DNA from: a virus
DNA: 64,000 nt
Reading direction: 5' to 3' (one strand)
Virus record (IMG/VR): IMGVR_UViG_3300045988_173642
Location: 1 to 64,000 of that record
Part shown: in pieces, positions 54,011 through 63,893 of the stretch
Layout: every line of letters begins with the position of its first letter
How positions within the stretch are numbered: position 1 is the stretch's first letter
Position numbers and translations under genes: made by a program
Notes under the pieces: generated by a model
Databases searched by the model: none
What the model saw: the letters and a program-made list of their open reading frames with translations, nothing else
Told to the model about the DNA's origin: nothing

Positions 54011-54050
54011 AAAGAAAAGGCCGCCTCTATCCTCACGGACCGAAGCGGCC
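54011..54050 (-). terminator. rho-independent terminator
   Basis: On the minus strand, GGCCGC...GCGGCC is followed by UUUUCUUUUU. The loop contains GUCCGUGAGGAU. Confidence 0.6.
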
Positions 54051-54088
54051 GTACTTATTCAATAATCAATAACACTTTCAATGTTTTA

Positions 54089-54436
54089 TCAATGCGCCAC
54101 GAAACGTGTGCCGTCAACCTCCAAAACGAGGATGTCGTTGACCACGCGGATTTCCTTACTACTGACGAACTGCACTTTTCGCTGATGGCGCATAACATCA
54201 ACTGAAAGGCACACACATTCGCCTTCATCAACGTGTCCTGTCTTTGTGAGGAATTTTATGTAGAAGGATTTGCGCTGAACGTTGGTGGCCGTCTGCGGAT
54301 GAACGTAGCCAGTCACTTGCTGATGGCTACGCGGGTCGGTCCATTGCCATTTCTCGCAATAGCGACGCAGTTCCGTGAAACTCTGGGTTGGTCTTGTCCT
54401 CATACTAATCATCGTTATATGGCGGAAATTCGTCAT
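54089..54436 (-). CDS. hypothetical protein
   Basis: 115-aa ORF. Confidence 0.5.
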   Translation of the reverse strand: MTNFRHITMISMRTRPTQSFTELRRYCEKWQWTDPRSHQQVTGYVHPQTATNVQRKSFYIKFLTKTGHVDEGECVCLSVDVMRHQRKVQFVSSKEIRVVNDILVLEVDGTRFVAH

Positions 54437-55037
54437 GAAGGAACAACATCAACTCTTTGCAGAGCTTCGCTGGCTTCACCTTGCGAACTTGCTGGCGATG
54501 GCGCAACACGTCGGGGAAGAGCACATTGCGGAATGGATGGCTCCACTCTCTTTCCTTTCGCGAATAGGCGTGCATCGGATAGAAGTTGGCATGGTAGGCT
54601 GTCAGGCCGGAATCGATGTAACGCGAATACATCGGTCCCTGGATGATGACCCCACGTTCTTCGTTGTAGAACACTAAATGGGCAGAAAGGTCGGAAACAT
54701 CACGGTGGCTGACATAGAGCACACGCGAACGATAGTCGGCTAAATAGCGATCAACCATTGCCTGATAGTCGCCAGAAGTTGAAAGCACAAGCGCATTTAT
54801 CCATTTACGTTCAAAACATTGCTGGAGAAAAACGAAGGTCTCCGCAGCGACAACTGGCTGGCTGAGCACCATGACGTGGCCTTCGTCGACAAGATAGGCA
54901 ACAGCACGGTAGAACTTTTCCATCGTCACATCGCCGTGCGTGTAAAACGAGAGAGAAAAGCGCTCCGCCTGCATCAACGCCTTTGGCAAGGTCTTGTCGA
55001 CGCAGCAAGGCTGGATGAAGAGCATGTTATCGTCCAT
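54405..55037 (-). CDS. hypothetical protein
   Basis: 210-aa ORF downstream of the clamp gene. Confidence 0.5.
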   Translation of the reverse strand: MDDNMLFIQPCCVDKTLPKALMQAERFSLSFYTHGDVTMEKFYRAVAYLVDEGHVMVLSQPVVAAETFVFLQQCFERKWINALVLSTSGDYQAMVDRYLADYRSRVLYVSHRDVSDLSAHLVFYNEERGVIIQGPMYSRYIDSGLTAYHANFYPMHAYSRKEREWSHPFRNVLFPDVLRHRQQVRKVKPAKLCKELMLFLHDEFPPYNDD

Positions 55038-55062
55038 TTCTTTAGATTTTATTCGTTATTGG

Positions 55063-56250
55063 TTAGTCATCTATGACCATCGGCATACACATGGTGAGCA
55101 CTGACGGTGCAGGAATATCGGCCGTGAACAACATCTGATGTCTCTCATCCGAAAATTGCATGCGGATGTCTGGCGCATCGATGGCACTCAGTGCTGAAGA
55201 AAGGTAAGATGAGTTGACGCCGATGCGGAATCCATCAAGACATTCGGCATTGGAGACCAGCACTTGGTCAGCAGCCGACGTAGAGAAGTCAACGTCGCGC
55301 GAAGAGACATCCAAGAACATACCGTTTTTCTCAAGCACAAGCAGGTTGCTCGACTTGTCGCCAAACAGACTAACGAGCTTGATGGTCTCCAGCATTTCGC
55401 GCTTGTTGAACACAACGTAATACGGATTGCCACGCGGAATGACGGAACCGTAATTCGGATATTTCGCCTCGCAAGTTTTACAAATGTATTCCATCGACCC
55501 TGAAACGAACCTCAAAGAATGTGTGTCACATTCTATGTGAATTTCTTCACATCCGTCAAACACAGAGACGGCGCGGAAATAAAGTTGCGGAAGCAACATC
55601 CTGCTGGGCTGACCACCACGGAAGAAATCTCCACCGCCTGTTGCTGGATTGTTTGTGTAGTTGGTCTTAATAAGTCCGTGTCCATCCGAGGCAACAAACA
55701 CCACATCTGACAAATCTTCTGCCACATCGATGCAGATACAGTTCATCTGCGGCCGGATGATGTCTTTGGCTGTGAACGGAGCGGAATTGTCCAACACCTT
55801 TGAGAAGAACGGAGACGGCAGGGTAATGCACGTCTTATCTTCCATCAAATCTGGCGAAATCGGGAAGTCCTTGCCATCGAAGTAAGCGAAATTGGCTTTG
55901 CCTTCTTTTACTTGCCCGCCGCTCTCCGTGCAATAGGAAAGTGAAACACTCTTGTTGCTGCCATCGAAATCGAAGGTCAGCGTGCAATCTGGAAGAGAGG
56001 AGATAAACGGCAGAATGGTCTTCACTGGCAACGCGATTGGGGAATCAAGATTGCCGTCGAAGATGGTCAAAGGGGCTGGCAGCGTTAACTGAGAACTACT
56101 TGTAGCGGCCACGAAGAAGAAGACTCCGTCGGCATGGCGAACGAGCAACACGTTATCCAGGATGGCCAACGAGTTTTTGGTGGAGATGGCTTTGGAGGCT
56201 TTCTGCAAGACCTCTGCAAGCAGGCGTGAGGATTGAGCTTGTAATTTCAT
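55063..56250 (-). CDS. dnaN: DNA polymerase III beta sliding clamp
   Basis: The N terminus (MKLQAQSSRLLAEVLQKASKAISTKNSLAILDNVLLV...FFFVAATSS) follows the DnaN pattern. The 395-aa length fits three clamp domains. Confidence 0.7.
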   Translation of the reverse strand: MKLQAQSSRLLAEVLQKASKAISTKNSLAILDNVLLVRHADGVFFFVAATSSSQLTLPAPLTIFDGNLDSPIALPVKTILPFISSLPDCTLTFDFDGSNKSVSLSYCTESGGQVKEGKANFAYFDGKDFPISPDLMEDKTCITLPSPFFSKVLDNSAPFTAKDIIRPQMNCICIDVAEDLSDVVFVASDGHGLIKTNYTNNPATGGGDFFRGGQPSRMLLPQLYFRAVSVFDGCEEIHIECDTHSLRFVSGSMEYICKTCEAKYPNYGSVIPRGNPYYVVFNKREMLETIKLVSLFGDKSSNLLVLEKNGMFLDVSSRDVDFSTSAADQVLVSNAECLDGFRIGVNSSYLSSALSAIDAPDIRMQFSDERHQMLFTADIPAPSVLTMCMPMVIDD

Positions 56251-56265
56251 GCTTCGTTTGTTTTA

Positions 56266-56871
56266 TTAAAATGGAAGGTCGTCTTCGTTGAAGTTAGAAC
56301 CAAAGGCATAGGCATCATTCTGTTCGGCCGACGGCACATAAGCCGTTGCTGCGCCTGCCGTCTGATAGTTGGGTTGCGGCGTGGTTGACGGCGCTGCCTG
56401 CTGTTGTGGCTGATAGAGCATAGCCAAACGTTTGTTCATTCGACTGCGAAAGGCTTTAAAGAGATGTGAGGTCTCATCCTGCACGTTCTGCGTGACGATA
56501 CCTGGATCGCGATCTTTGTTCTGCTGCTTCACCTGCTCAACGAGACCGGGAGCCTTGGCAGCAATGTACTTGACATAGTCCGTTGAATAAGACATCTGCA
56601 CTTCGTGTGTCGGCACATTCACGTTTGCATCGCCGCGTTCCTGCGCCGAGCAGCGGACGGCCTTCTTATAGTTTTCGTTGAGTGGCCAGATGTTCACACG
56701 TAATCCTGCAATCTGTTTGCTGGGGTCGTTTCGCGAAACAGTCAGTTTGATTTCGTTGAAGTCTACAGGAATACAGACATACGCACGTTGTGGATTCTTC
56801 TGATCTACTCCTGTCATAACCTGTGCACCATTCAAGGCCAACAGGTCAATACTGCCATTGTAACTTGCCAT
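56266..56871 (-). CDS. putative single-stranded DNA-binding protein (non-canonical N domain, Q/P linker, acidic DDLPF tip)
   Basis: Has SSB-type architecture: a folded N domain, a Gln/Pro/Ala-rich linker and a C-terminal NEDDLPF (compare E. coli SSB DDDIPF). It lies in the replication module. Confidence 0.5.
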   Translation of the reverse strand: MASYNGSIDLLALNGAQVMTGVDQKNPQRAYVCIPVDFNEIKLTVSRNDPSKQIAGLRVNIWPLNENYKKAVRCSAQERGDANVNVPTHEVQMSYSTDYVKYIAAKAPGLVEQVKQQNKDRDPGIVTQNVQDETSHLFKAFRSRMNKRLAMLYQPQQQAAPSTTPQPNYQTAGAATAYVPSAEQNDAYAFGSNFNEDDLPF

Positions 56872-56919
56872 GATTTGTTTGTTTTTTATTTATTGTTGAT
56901 GAATGATTATTTGTCGGTT

Positions 56920-57153
56920 TTAATAGAGCCTACCGCGAGGGTCACTCATGTCGTCCATCGTCTTTACGCGAAACCATTTCTTTGGTCGGTTTTTCTTCTT
57001 ATAGACCGCTCCAAGACTGATATAGTGAGCGCAGGCGAGATGGAAAGGCGAAATACTGCCGCCGAACAACGGCGAACTTTTCTCACGACAACTGTTTTTG
57101 ATTTGGTCGTATGAGATGCAGTTTTCGCATCTTGGGGGGGTATATGTTCGCAT
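56920..57153 (-). CDS. small Cys-containing protein
   Basis: 77-aa ORF. Contains a G7 run (57134-57140) in frame. Confidence 0.4.
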   Translation of the reverse strand: MRTYTPPRCENCISYDQIKNSCREKSSPLFGGSISPFHLACAHYISLGAVYKKKNRPKKWFRVKTMDDMSDPRGRLY

Positions 57154-57195
57154 CGTTTTTTTGTTTAAAAATTCTTTCTATAGGTTTTAGGTGCA

Positions 57196-60100
57196 TCAAA
57201 ACGGCAAGTCCTCTTCTTTGATTTCCGGCAAGGTTGGCGCCGTTGTGGACGTTGCTGCAGGCATGACCACTCGCCTACCCTGCCTTCTCATCTTATTGTT
57301 TTCCCAACGTTCTTTTTCTTCGTCGGTGAGCGTAACGATTTTGCCATCATCATCGCGGTATGGCAGAGGGTCTGGCTGCTCGGCGTATTGCTTGGCAATA
57401 CGTTTCAAATCGCGATAGTTCTTCGGTATAACATCCTTCCCTGGACGATAAAAGAAGAATACGTGCTTAGAAGTTTGAAGATAGCGAATGAACTTCGGTT
57501 CGATGGTGTTGTCATTCTCCCACTCGCGGCCGGTGAAATACTCCTGCGTCACCCAGGCCTGCAATTTAAAGCACTTGCGCTGTTTGTCGCTCTCATTCTC
57601 AAAGAGCTGTTTAGGATTGCACGTGATCGACATATTCTCGCAATAGTCGTATATCTTCTTCTTGAACGTGGCTCGGCTGTATTCCTTCGACTTGCCTTCA
57701 GAGGCATCCGCCCAATCGCGCATAAACTCGTTGAACATATCGTCGGTACATATCGGCACTCCATAAACCTCATTGCGAGAAAAGAACCACTCGAAGTAGC
57801 GAACGATGCTCTCGGTGAGTTTCTGAACCATTTGACGGCGACGCACGTTGCCTTGCGGTGCGATGGCAAAAGTGTGGTAGCGCATCAGGAACTGAACGGC
57901 CAAGGCACAGAGATAGATGGTCTGATTGCGGTCGGTGTCGGTGAGCTTTTCGGGATTAGGGTCGAAATGCTTCATAAGTTCGGCCGGCGAACGTTCTGGC
58001 TGTCGCTTCTGCTGATTCTCTCGCGAAAAACGGTCAGAGAAACTGACCAAAGGGAAACGGCCGATAGTTGACGGATCATCGTCGCTCAGCGGACTATTAC
58101 TCGTTATGACATGAATGGGGGAATCTTCCATCTTCAATCCGACGGGGTCGCCAAACTTCTTCTCAACCTTGGTGCCTTGCGTCACCTTGTTATAAAAGTA
58201 TTTCATGGGAAAACTCTTTTGTTTGTCTTCCCAATGAACAACGCGATATTTCCCTGGATATACGATTAAATCCGTGAGGGCAAACTTGGCATCGGTTATC
58301 ACCATGAAGTCTTTCATGTCGACGGGCAACACATTAACAGCCGAGCCAACAACCGTGTTCACTAATACCGATTTGCCGGAACCGCCTGCCGCCTGTTTCT
58401 CGTCGGCAATATTGTCCTCCAAGAGGTAAGGCGCGACATTCTTCATACCTTCCCAAGAACGGAAGCACAAACGGCCGATACATGAGAGCATATTGGCGAA
58501 GTGAGCATTCATCACGGCCGTCTCGTCTTCGGTGAGCGGTTGTTTGTTGCGCTGCGCTTCTTTCTCCCGTTCCCAAAGTGTATTGGAAAAACCACGCACA
58601 ATGCGGAGAATCGGCCACAAGTCTTGCTCACGTTGCCCTTGCCAGTCAACGAACCAGCGATAAGTCTGTGCCCATTCCATGAGTTCGCCACGCAGTTTCT
58701 TTATCTCGTCGTAGGTGAATACGGAAGAGCCATCCTCGTTCTTCATGGCCTCTTTCTTGTTTATCGCTTCCAGGCGGTCGCGGTATTCCTGACGCTCGGT
58801 AATGACAAACGGAGTTTTAAACACACGCATCGTGAAATCATACGGCTTTCGTGCGAGTGAAGGAATGAAGAAACTGATGTCGTTGTATGACACCGGACGG
58901 ATGTTGTCTGGCGTAATCCTTAGCGCCACATTGCGGAAATAGAAATATTCCGTCTTGGCATTAAAGGCGTCAGCGAAGTTGATGACCATGCTCTGCAATC
59001 CGCCTGCCGACTTCTCCGTGAAAGTTTTGTCAACCATATTGGCGCAATCAGACATCAAGCGCTGCTCGGTGTCATTATGTCGCCAGCTCTGTTCAATATA
59101 TTCAAGCAACAAAATTTTGGCTGCCTGGATAATGCTCTTTGCATCAATATACTCAACGAAGCAACGGTCAAGGTGGATGTATTGTCCCACGAGGTCAGTG
59201 CTCTCAGTGTCAATCATGCGATAATATCCGTGCGCAGTCATGAAGAGCCAAAGGCGCGTTGGCGACACTTTGCAGGTTGGCGGTTTAGGCTTTCCGCTAC
59301 GAGGGTCACGGGGGTATTCAATTTCAAATGGCTCCGTGTTTCTCGCTCCGCGCAATCGGGAGTAGAGCGGCAAGCGCAAGTCGTGGTCAAACTGAAAGTT
59401 ATCTTCATCGGTCATATTGTATGACAAGAGATAGTCACGCACACTTCTCGGTGAACACCCAAAGAGCCATTTCCATCGCTGGTTATAACGCGAGCGGAAC
59501 TGCTCCGGCAACATGGCATAGTGAATGGCGCTGAATTTGGTAGCTATTGCACCGCAGTCGCGCTGCGAAGCGATGTCGTTGGGATAGAGGATGATGACAC
59601 GTTCGGCAAAACAATTCATCTTCTGATATTGCACGGCGCTGAAATCCAGTTTTTCTTGTTTCCATTCTCCCCGTTCGATGTACCAGAAGTTTCTTCGCCC
59701 GATGGAGAACGCCACGTGATACCAACAATAATCTGCAAAATGCTGGTCGCCATCCTGCTTATCAAGTCGGAGCGAACGCATGGCGTAATACACGCTCAAG
59801 GCATCTTCGGGGGTGCGGCAGAAAACGATGTTGCGAGCTTTGATTTCATTGGTCGGTATCTTCACGTCAATTCTCTTGAACGTGCCTTTCGGCTCTCCGT
59901 CCTTCGTTTCGTTTTCTTCCCATTCTTCACGGGTCTCGGTGTATTTCTCCTCCGGCTCTATCTGATTGATGGCGGCATGGACGGCGGTGTTGTCGCTCTT
60001 GCGGTGGTCCATCGCATAAACAAAAACGTTGTCGCCCATGAGCCATTTGCTCACCTTCCGCACGCTATGCTCCTCGGCGGTGGAGAACACAATCGGTTCG

Positions 60101-60870
60101 CTGCCCCCCATTGCAGGACGGAAGAAACATCCGTATGAGTTTTGCGGGCCAAATTCTTGAGAGGCGAAACAGACGAAGAGCGGATTCCACGGCGTGCCGT
60201 GGATGATTTCGCTGACATGCTGACCATTTCGGATAACGTCTGGCAGTGTGACGCTCAGCAGGGAATAGATGCGAAAGTCTTTGTTGAGCAAATCTGGTGT
60301 GAACGTCCGACCGAAACCGAAACGTGGAAGACCTTTTTCTAACGTCACCTCACATCCAAGCGCCGCCAGTTCTTGCGGAGAGAAATCCATTTTCGGCATA
60401 AACGAGAATGTCTCAATGGTCTGCTGCGCAACGGTGCGGTAATCCATGTTGCCGAATACTTCTGGGAATGCAGCTCGCGTTTCTTCCGTGTCGCCGTAGC
60501 ATTTCAACACCAATGCCTTGCAGATTCTTAGTAAACTTTGCCCGTGCATCAGAAGGTGATGGACGGCGGCATACAGTTCAATGGCACCATAACCTTTTTT
60601 CCCAGTCTTTGTACACATCCACTTCACGGCGCCATGTTGCGCCAGACTGTCACCTTCAACCCCCACTCCATCGTACAAACCGCCACGTTCATTATTATAT
60701 ATGATGAAATGTGGTGTACGCGCCGATCTGCCGTCTGCAGCAGCTTCGTCTTTCTCACAAAAGGGACAGAAACAGGCTGTCTGCCCTTCGACGCGCTGCT
60801 CGTCAGAAGGCCGCACCAATAATGCCAAGTCGATGTTGGCAAGCTGGTTGAGTATCGGGTGATATATCAT
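57196..60870 (-). CDS. primase-helicase (P4/D5-like) replication protein
   Basis: 1224-aa ORF with an N-terminal CFCPFC zinc element, a central P-loop (AAGGSGKSVLVN) and a C-terminal EEDLPF tail. Confidence 0.65.
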   Translation of the reverse strand: MIYHPILNQLANIDLALLVRPSDEQRVEGQTACFCPFCEKDEAAADGRSARTPHFIIYNNERGGLYDGVGVEGDSLAQHGAVKWMCTKTGKKGYGAIELYAAVHHLLMHGQSLLRICKALVLKCYGDTEETRAAFPEVFGNMDYRTVAQQTIETFSFMPKMDFSPQELAALGCEVTLEKGLPRFGFGRTFTPDLLNKDFRIYSLLSVTLPDVIRNGQHVSEIIHGTPWNPLFVCFASQEFGPQNSYGCFFRPAMGGSEPIVFSTAEEHSVRKVSKWLMGDNVFVYAMDHRKSDNTAVHAAINQIEPEEKYTETREEWEENETKDGEPKGTFKRIDVKIPTNEIKARNIVFCRTPEDALSVYYAMRSLRLDKQDGDQHFADYCWYHVAFSIGRRNFWYIERGEWKQEKLDFSAVQYQKMNCFAERVIILYPNDIASQRDCGAIATKFSAIHYAMLPEQFRSRYNQRWKWLFGCSPRSVRDYLLSYNMTDEDNFQFDHDLRLPLYSRLRGARNTEPFEIEYPRDPRSGKPKPPTCKVSPTRLWLFMTAHGYYRMIDTESTDLVGQYIHLDRCFVEYIDAKSIIQAAKILLLEYIEQSWRHNDTEQRLMSDCANMVDKTFTEKSAGGLQSMVINFADAFNAKTEYFYFRNVALRITPDNIRPVSYNDISFFIPSLARKPYDFTMRVFKTPFVITERQEYRDRLEAINKKEAMKNEDGSSVFTYDEIKKLRGELMEWAQTYRWFVDWQGQREQDLWPILRIVRGFSNTLWEREKEAQRNKQPLTEDETAVMNAHFANMLSCIGRLCFRSWEGMKNVAPYLLEDNIADEKQAAGGSGKSVLVNTVVGSAVNVLPVDMKDFMVITDAKFALTDLIVYPGKYRVVHWEDKQKSFPMKYFYNKVTQGTKVEKKFGDPVGLKMEDSPIHVITSNSPLSDDDPSTIGRFPLVSFSDRFSRENQQKRQPERSPAELMKHFDPNPEKLTDTDRNQTIYLCALAVQFLMRYHTFAIAPQGNVRRRQMVQKLTESIVRYFEWFFSRNEVYGVPICTDDMFNEFMRDWADASEGKSKEYSRATFKKKIYDYCENMSITCNPKQLFENESDKQRKCFKLQAWVTQEYFTGREWENDNTIEPKFIRYLQTSKHVFFFYRPGKDVIPKNYRDLKRIAKQYAEQPDPLPYRDDDGKIVTLTDEEKERWENNKMRRQGRRVVMPAATSTTAPTLPEIKEEDLPF

Positions 60871-60886
60871 AATTAAATTTGAGAAT

Positions 60887-61306
60887 CTACAAGTTCACGA
60901 ATGTTTCCAATTTATAATGCCTAATGGAACAGTTGCATACGTTCTTCATACGTGTAATGAGCAACGAAGTGAAATCTTTCAACGAGATGAATTGTTCGTC
61001 TAAACCATGAATTTGAATCATGGTGCGCCAATAACATTTCCCGTTGCACCAACGGCATGAATGTTCTCGGTCAATCACTAAATCTTCAACCTTTCCGTTC
61101 ATCATATTAAAGACATACAAACAAACATCGCGCAGCAAGTCAAACGGAGCGCCATAAAACAGCAATGTCGGGATATTGTCTTTCTCGCCGCGTAGGTCTT
61201 CTGAATAAGCAATGCGGTGCAGATACGAATAAGGCGTGGGACGGCCCATTTTCTTTTTGTTGCTTCGGTTTGGAACGTATGGAACAGACAAATAACTTCT
61301 TTCCAT
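60887..61306 (-). CDS. hypothetical protein
   Basis: ORF track gives 60887..61333. The ATG at 61306 lies just after the upstream stop at 61308. Confidence 0.45.
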   Translation of the reverse strand: MERSYLSVPYVPNRSNKKKMGRPTPYSYLHRIAYSEDLRGEKDNIPTLLFYGAPFDLLRDVCLYVFNMMNGKVEDLVIDREHSCRWCNGKCYWRTMIQIHGLDEQFISLKDFTSLLITRMKNVCNCSIRHYKLETFVNL

Positions 61307-61307
61307 C

Positions 61308-61976
61308 TTATTCCATCGATTTCTCGTTAACACATTGCTTCAACTGCTTCATCATCTGCCACGTAGAATAGATGCTCCGCTTACAATCATAAAGCGGAGA
61401 ATGAACGATGTTTTCTCCGTCGTCGAAATCCTCTGCAAAATCGCTATATCTGATTTCATCGCGACCGCCACGACTTAAAAGCCGAGCCCCTTCCAAGAAG
61501 AAAGTTCGATGGTCGCGAAATTTGGTGTAGCGAACGGGAATTTGCTTATTATATCGATGGCAGATGTGGCGCAAGATGGCTATGTCGAAATCTGTGCCCT
61601 GCGACCATAAATATAGATTGTCTGCCGACAAATCTTCAGACAGCCCCTTAATCCAGGCAAAGAAATGCTCCAGTACGCCTTCAATGGAAAGCAAGGGCGT
61701 GGCATCATCGTCACTAAGAAGTTCTTGCTTGGCCTTAGCGTCTTTCTCCTTCCACCAAATTGAAGTGGAAGCATCAAACGTGAAGCCATCCAAAAACTGC
61801 GAGCGCAAATCAACGTGCTTGTAAAACTGGCAAATGGTTTTCATGCCATTGCCTTCGCCGAAGAACGGCGTATTCTCAAAGTCGCGCCCCCAAGCAACTG
61901 CACCAATACTCATCACGGCGGCCGTTGGGCAAAGCGCACAAGTCTCGAGATCAAAAGTTATATCCAAAATATCCAT
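61308..61976 (-). CDS. DnaQ-like 3'-5' exonuclease
   Basis: Has Exo I (ITFDLET), Exo II-like (WSQGTDFDIAIL) and Exo III (HSPLYDC). Confidence 0.6.
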   Translation of the reverse strand: MDILDITFDLETCALCPTAAVMSIGAVAWGRDFENTPFFGEGNGMKTICQFYKHVDLRSQFLDGFTFDASTSIWWKEKDAKAKQELLSDDDATPLLSIEGVLEHFFAWIKGLSEDLSADNLYLWSQGTDFDIAILRHICHRYNKQIPVRYTKFRDHRTFFLEGARLLSRGGRDEIRYSDFAEDFDDGENIVHSPLYDCKRSIYSTWQMMKQLKQCVNEKSME

Positions 61977-62002
61977 ATTGCGAATGTCTTTTTTGAGACT
62001 AA

Positions 62003-62491
62003 TTATTCGTTATTATCATTCCCTGCGGTAAATTCATCAAGAATGGCGCGTACTCCTTTCAGTTCCCACAATTTCCAAGAGTTTTCGGCAAAACGGGTAC
62101 GCACAGTCACCTGTGACTTCATGCCACGTGCGGCCATGAACTCACACAACTTGATACCGATTTTCAAGTCAGTGACCATCCGGTAAAAATCTCGGCGGTC
62201 ATATTCCCCGTCCTGCCTCAGCACATAGCCATAGCCGCGAGAGCCTTCTTCGCCCTCACCATTGTGGTCGGTTCCGCATTGTTCAGTTAGAAAAAATTCA
62301 TACTGAACCTTTGATATTCCCTCTATTTCCCATTCGTCGAAACCTTTCTCAAACAATCGACGATAGCAGGTACTCTGACAGAGTTCATAACGATCAAAGA
62401 GTTCATACAATCGAATTTTTTCGGCAGGAGTAAGGTCTTTTACGCTTAATATGCCGCCACCTTTGACTTTTTCTATAACATCCTTGGTCAT
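62003..62491 (-). CDS. hypothetical protein of the divergent switch region
   Basis: ORF track gives 62003..62545. The first ATG, at 62491 (MTKDVIEK...), is preferred. Confidence 0.45.
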   Translation of the reverse strand: MTKDVIEKVKGGGILSVKDLTPAEKIRLYELFDRYELCQSTCYRRLFEKGFDEWEIEGISKVQYEFFLTEQCGTDHNGEGEEGSRGYGYVLRQDGEYDRRDFYRMVTDLKIGIKLCEFMAARGMKSQVTVRTRFAENSWKLWELKGVRAILDEFTAGNDNNE

Positions 62492-62626
62492 TCCGATTAT
62501 AATTTCTAAATTTATCACCGCAAAGATACAAAGAAACTTTGTCAATCAAAGACTATTTCAAATTTTAACACTATTCAATACGGATATTCAAAGTTGGATA
62601 ATACAATAACTAAAATTAAAAACATA

Positions 62627-63259
62627 ATGAATATACACAATTTTGTTTACAATTACGGATTCTTGGCCGACTGGATAAAAGCTAACCCTGATATTCTTCG
62701 TAAAGACCTTTTAGAAAGTTTAGAAATGTACGATTATGGCACACTCAACAAATGGATTGACGGAATAACCATGATGCCGCTGGCGCAGATGATGAAGTTC
62801 TGCAATGCTTGGAACGTACCAATCACGGCCTTCTTCTTTGATGAACAAGCAGACGAAAATGATGTGTGCGCCCCCATTACACCAGAATCCCAAATTGAAC
62901 CAAACGGCGGTTGGCCTGACCCAAACAGAAAGAATGGTCCAAAGGTCTGCGACCCTCGAACGACAGTCCACCAAAATTCCAAACTTCCGAATTATGTAAG
63001 AACGGCCAAGACGAGAAGAAGTGCGAGTAATGATGCGCATACGACGGAAAATGAGACTGCTGCGAAAACTCAGACCGAAATACCAAGCATGGAGCGCATG
63101 CGCTATCTTGACATCATCGAAAAGCAAAACGAAAGGATGATGAATCTTGTGAACGAAATCAACGAATTACACCGTCAACTGCAGAAAAAATATTACGTGC
63201 ATTACGAACAAGATACTTCCGTCCTCCCAATGGTTGCTGAAAACGACTCAATGGAATAA
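62627..63259 (+). CDS. HTH (XRE/CI-like) regulator candidate
   Basis: The ORF-track start at 62594 is a TTG; the ATG is at 62627. The N-terminal ~70 aa have an XRE-like helix pattern (...LNKWIDGITMMPLAQMMKFCNAWNVPITAFFFDE). The gene is divergent from the neighbouring gene. Confidence 0.4.
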   Translation: MNIHNFVYNYGFLADWIKANPDILRKDLLESLEMYDYGTLNKWIDGITMMPLAQMMKFCNAWNVPITAFFFDEQADENDVCAPITPESQIEPNGGWPDPNRKNGPKVCDPRTTVHQNSKLPNYVRTAKTRRSASNDAHTTENETAAKTQTEIPSMERMRYLDIIEKQNERMMNLVNEINELHRQLQKKYYVHYEQDTSVLPMVAENDSME

Positions 63260-63260
63260 A

Positions 63261-63300
63261 ACAACAAAAAGCGTCGCCGATCCTCACGGACAGGCGACGC
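63261..63300 (-). terminator. terminator hairpin
   Basis: On the minus strand, GCGUCGCC...GGCGACGC is followed by UUUUUGUUGUUUU. It has the same 12-nt loop core as the hairpin at 54019-54050. Confidence 0.55.
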
Positions 63301-63368
63301 CACCTAATCTAAAAACCATGAAAACATGAGCCTACGCTTAGGCTCGATACAAAAAACAAATAATAACT

Positions 63369-63893
63369 TCAGCTTTCGTTCACCGCAGCTAAACGGCGGC
63401 GATAAAATTCTTTTTCTGTAATGGGCTGCATATCGGCATGCTGGCTCTCATAAGGCACTCTTACATACCAATATCCATGATGCCGGAACAAAACAGGGGT
63501 TTTGTCGCCAAACGTGAAAGGCGCTTTCATGCCGTTTCTGGTCACACTTGGCTGGAGGGATAAAATGGGCACAAGCTCCGTCTCGGCAACAATCGGAAGA
63601 GCATTTATTTCTTTTATCAATTCGGAGCCTGCCTCTGGCACAAATATTGCGCCGCCGTCTTGTATCTCAATACGATCCCACCCTTTCTTGTATAACACAT
63701 GGTCAAATTCAACGGCCGCGACGCCTCCAGCCATGCCGACTGGCGATTCATAATAATGCTCTGCACCTTGACGCTTCACCCATGCCTTCGCCGCTTCTTC
63801 GGCTTCTTGGCATTTCTTTACAAATAGGGTCAATCGGATGCCAACTTCTGATTCTACTGCTGTTTTATACAGAAAATATTTTGCATGTTTCAT
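63369..63893 (-). CDS. hypothetical protein
   Basis: 174-aa ORF. Confidence 0.5.
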   Translation of the reverse strand: MKHAKYFLYKTAVESEVGIRLTLFVKKCQEAEEAAKAWVKRQGAEHYYESPVGMAGGVAAVEFDHVLYKKGWDRIEIQDGGAIFVPEAGSELIKEINALPIVAETELVPILSLQPSVTRNGMKAPFTFGDKTPVLFRHHGYWYVRVPYESQHADMQPITEKEFYRRRLAAVNES

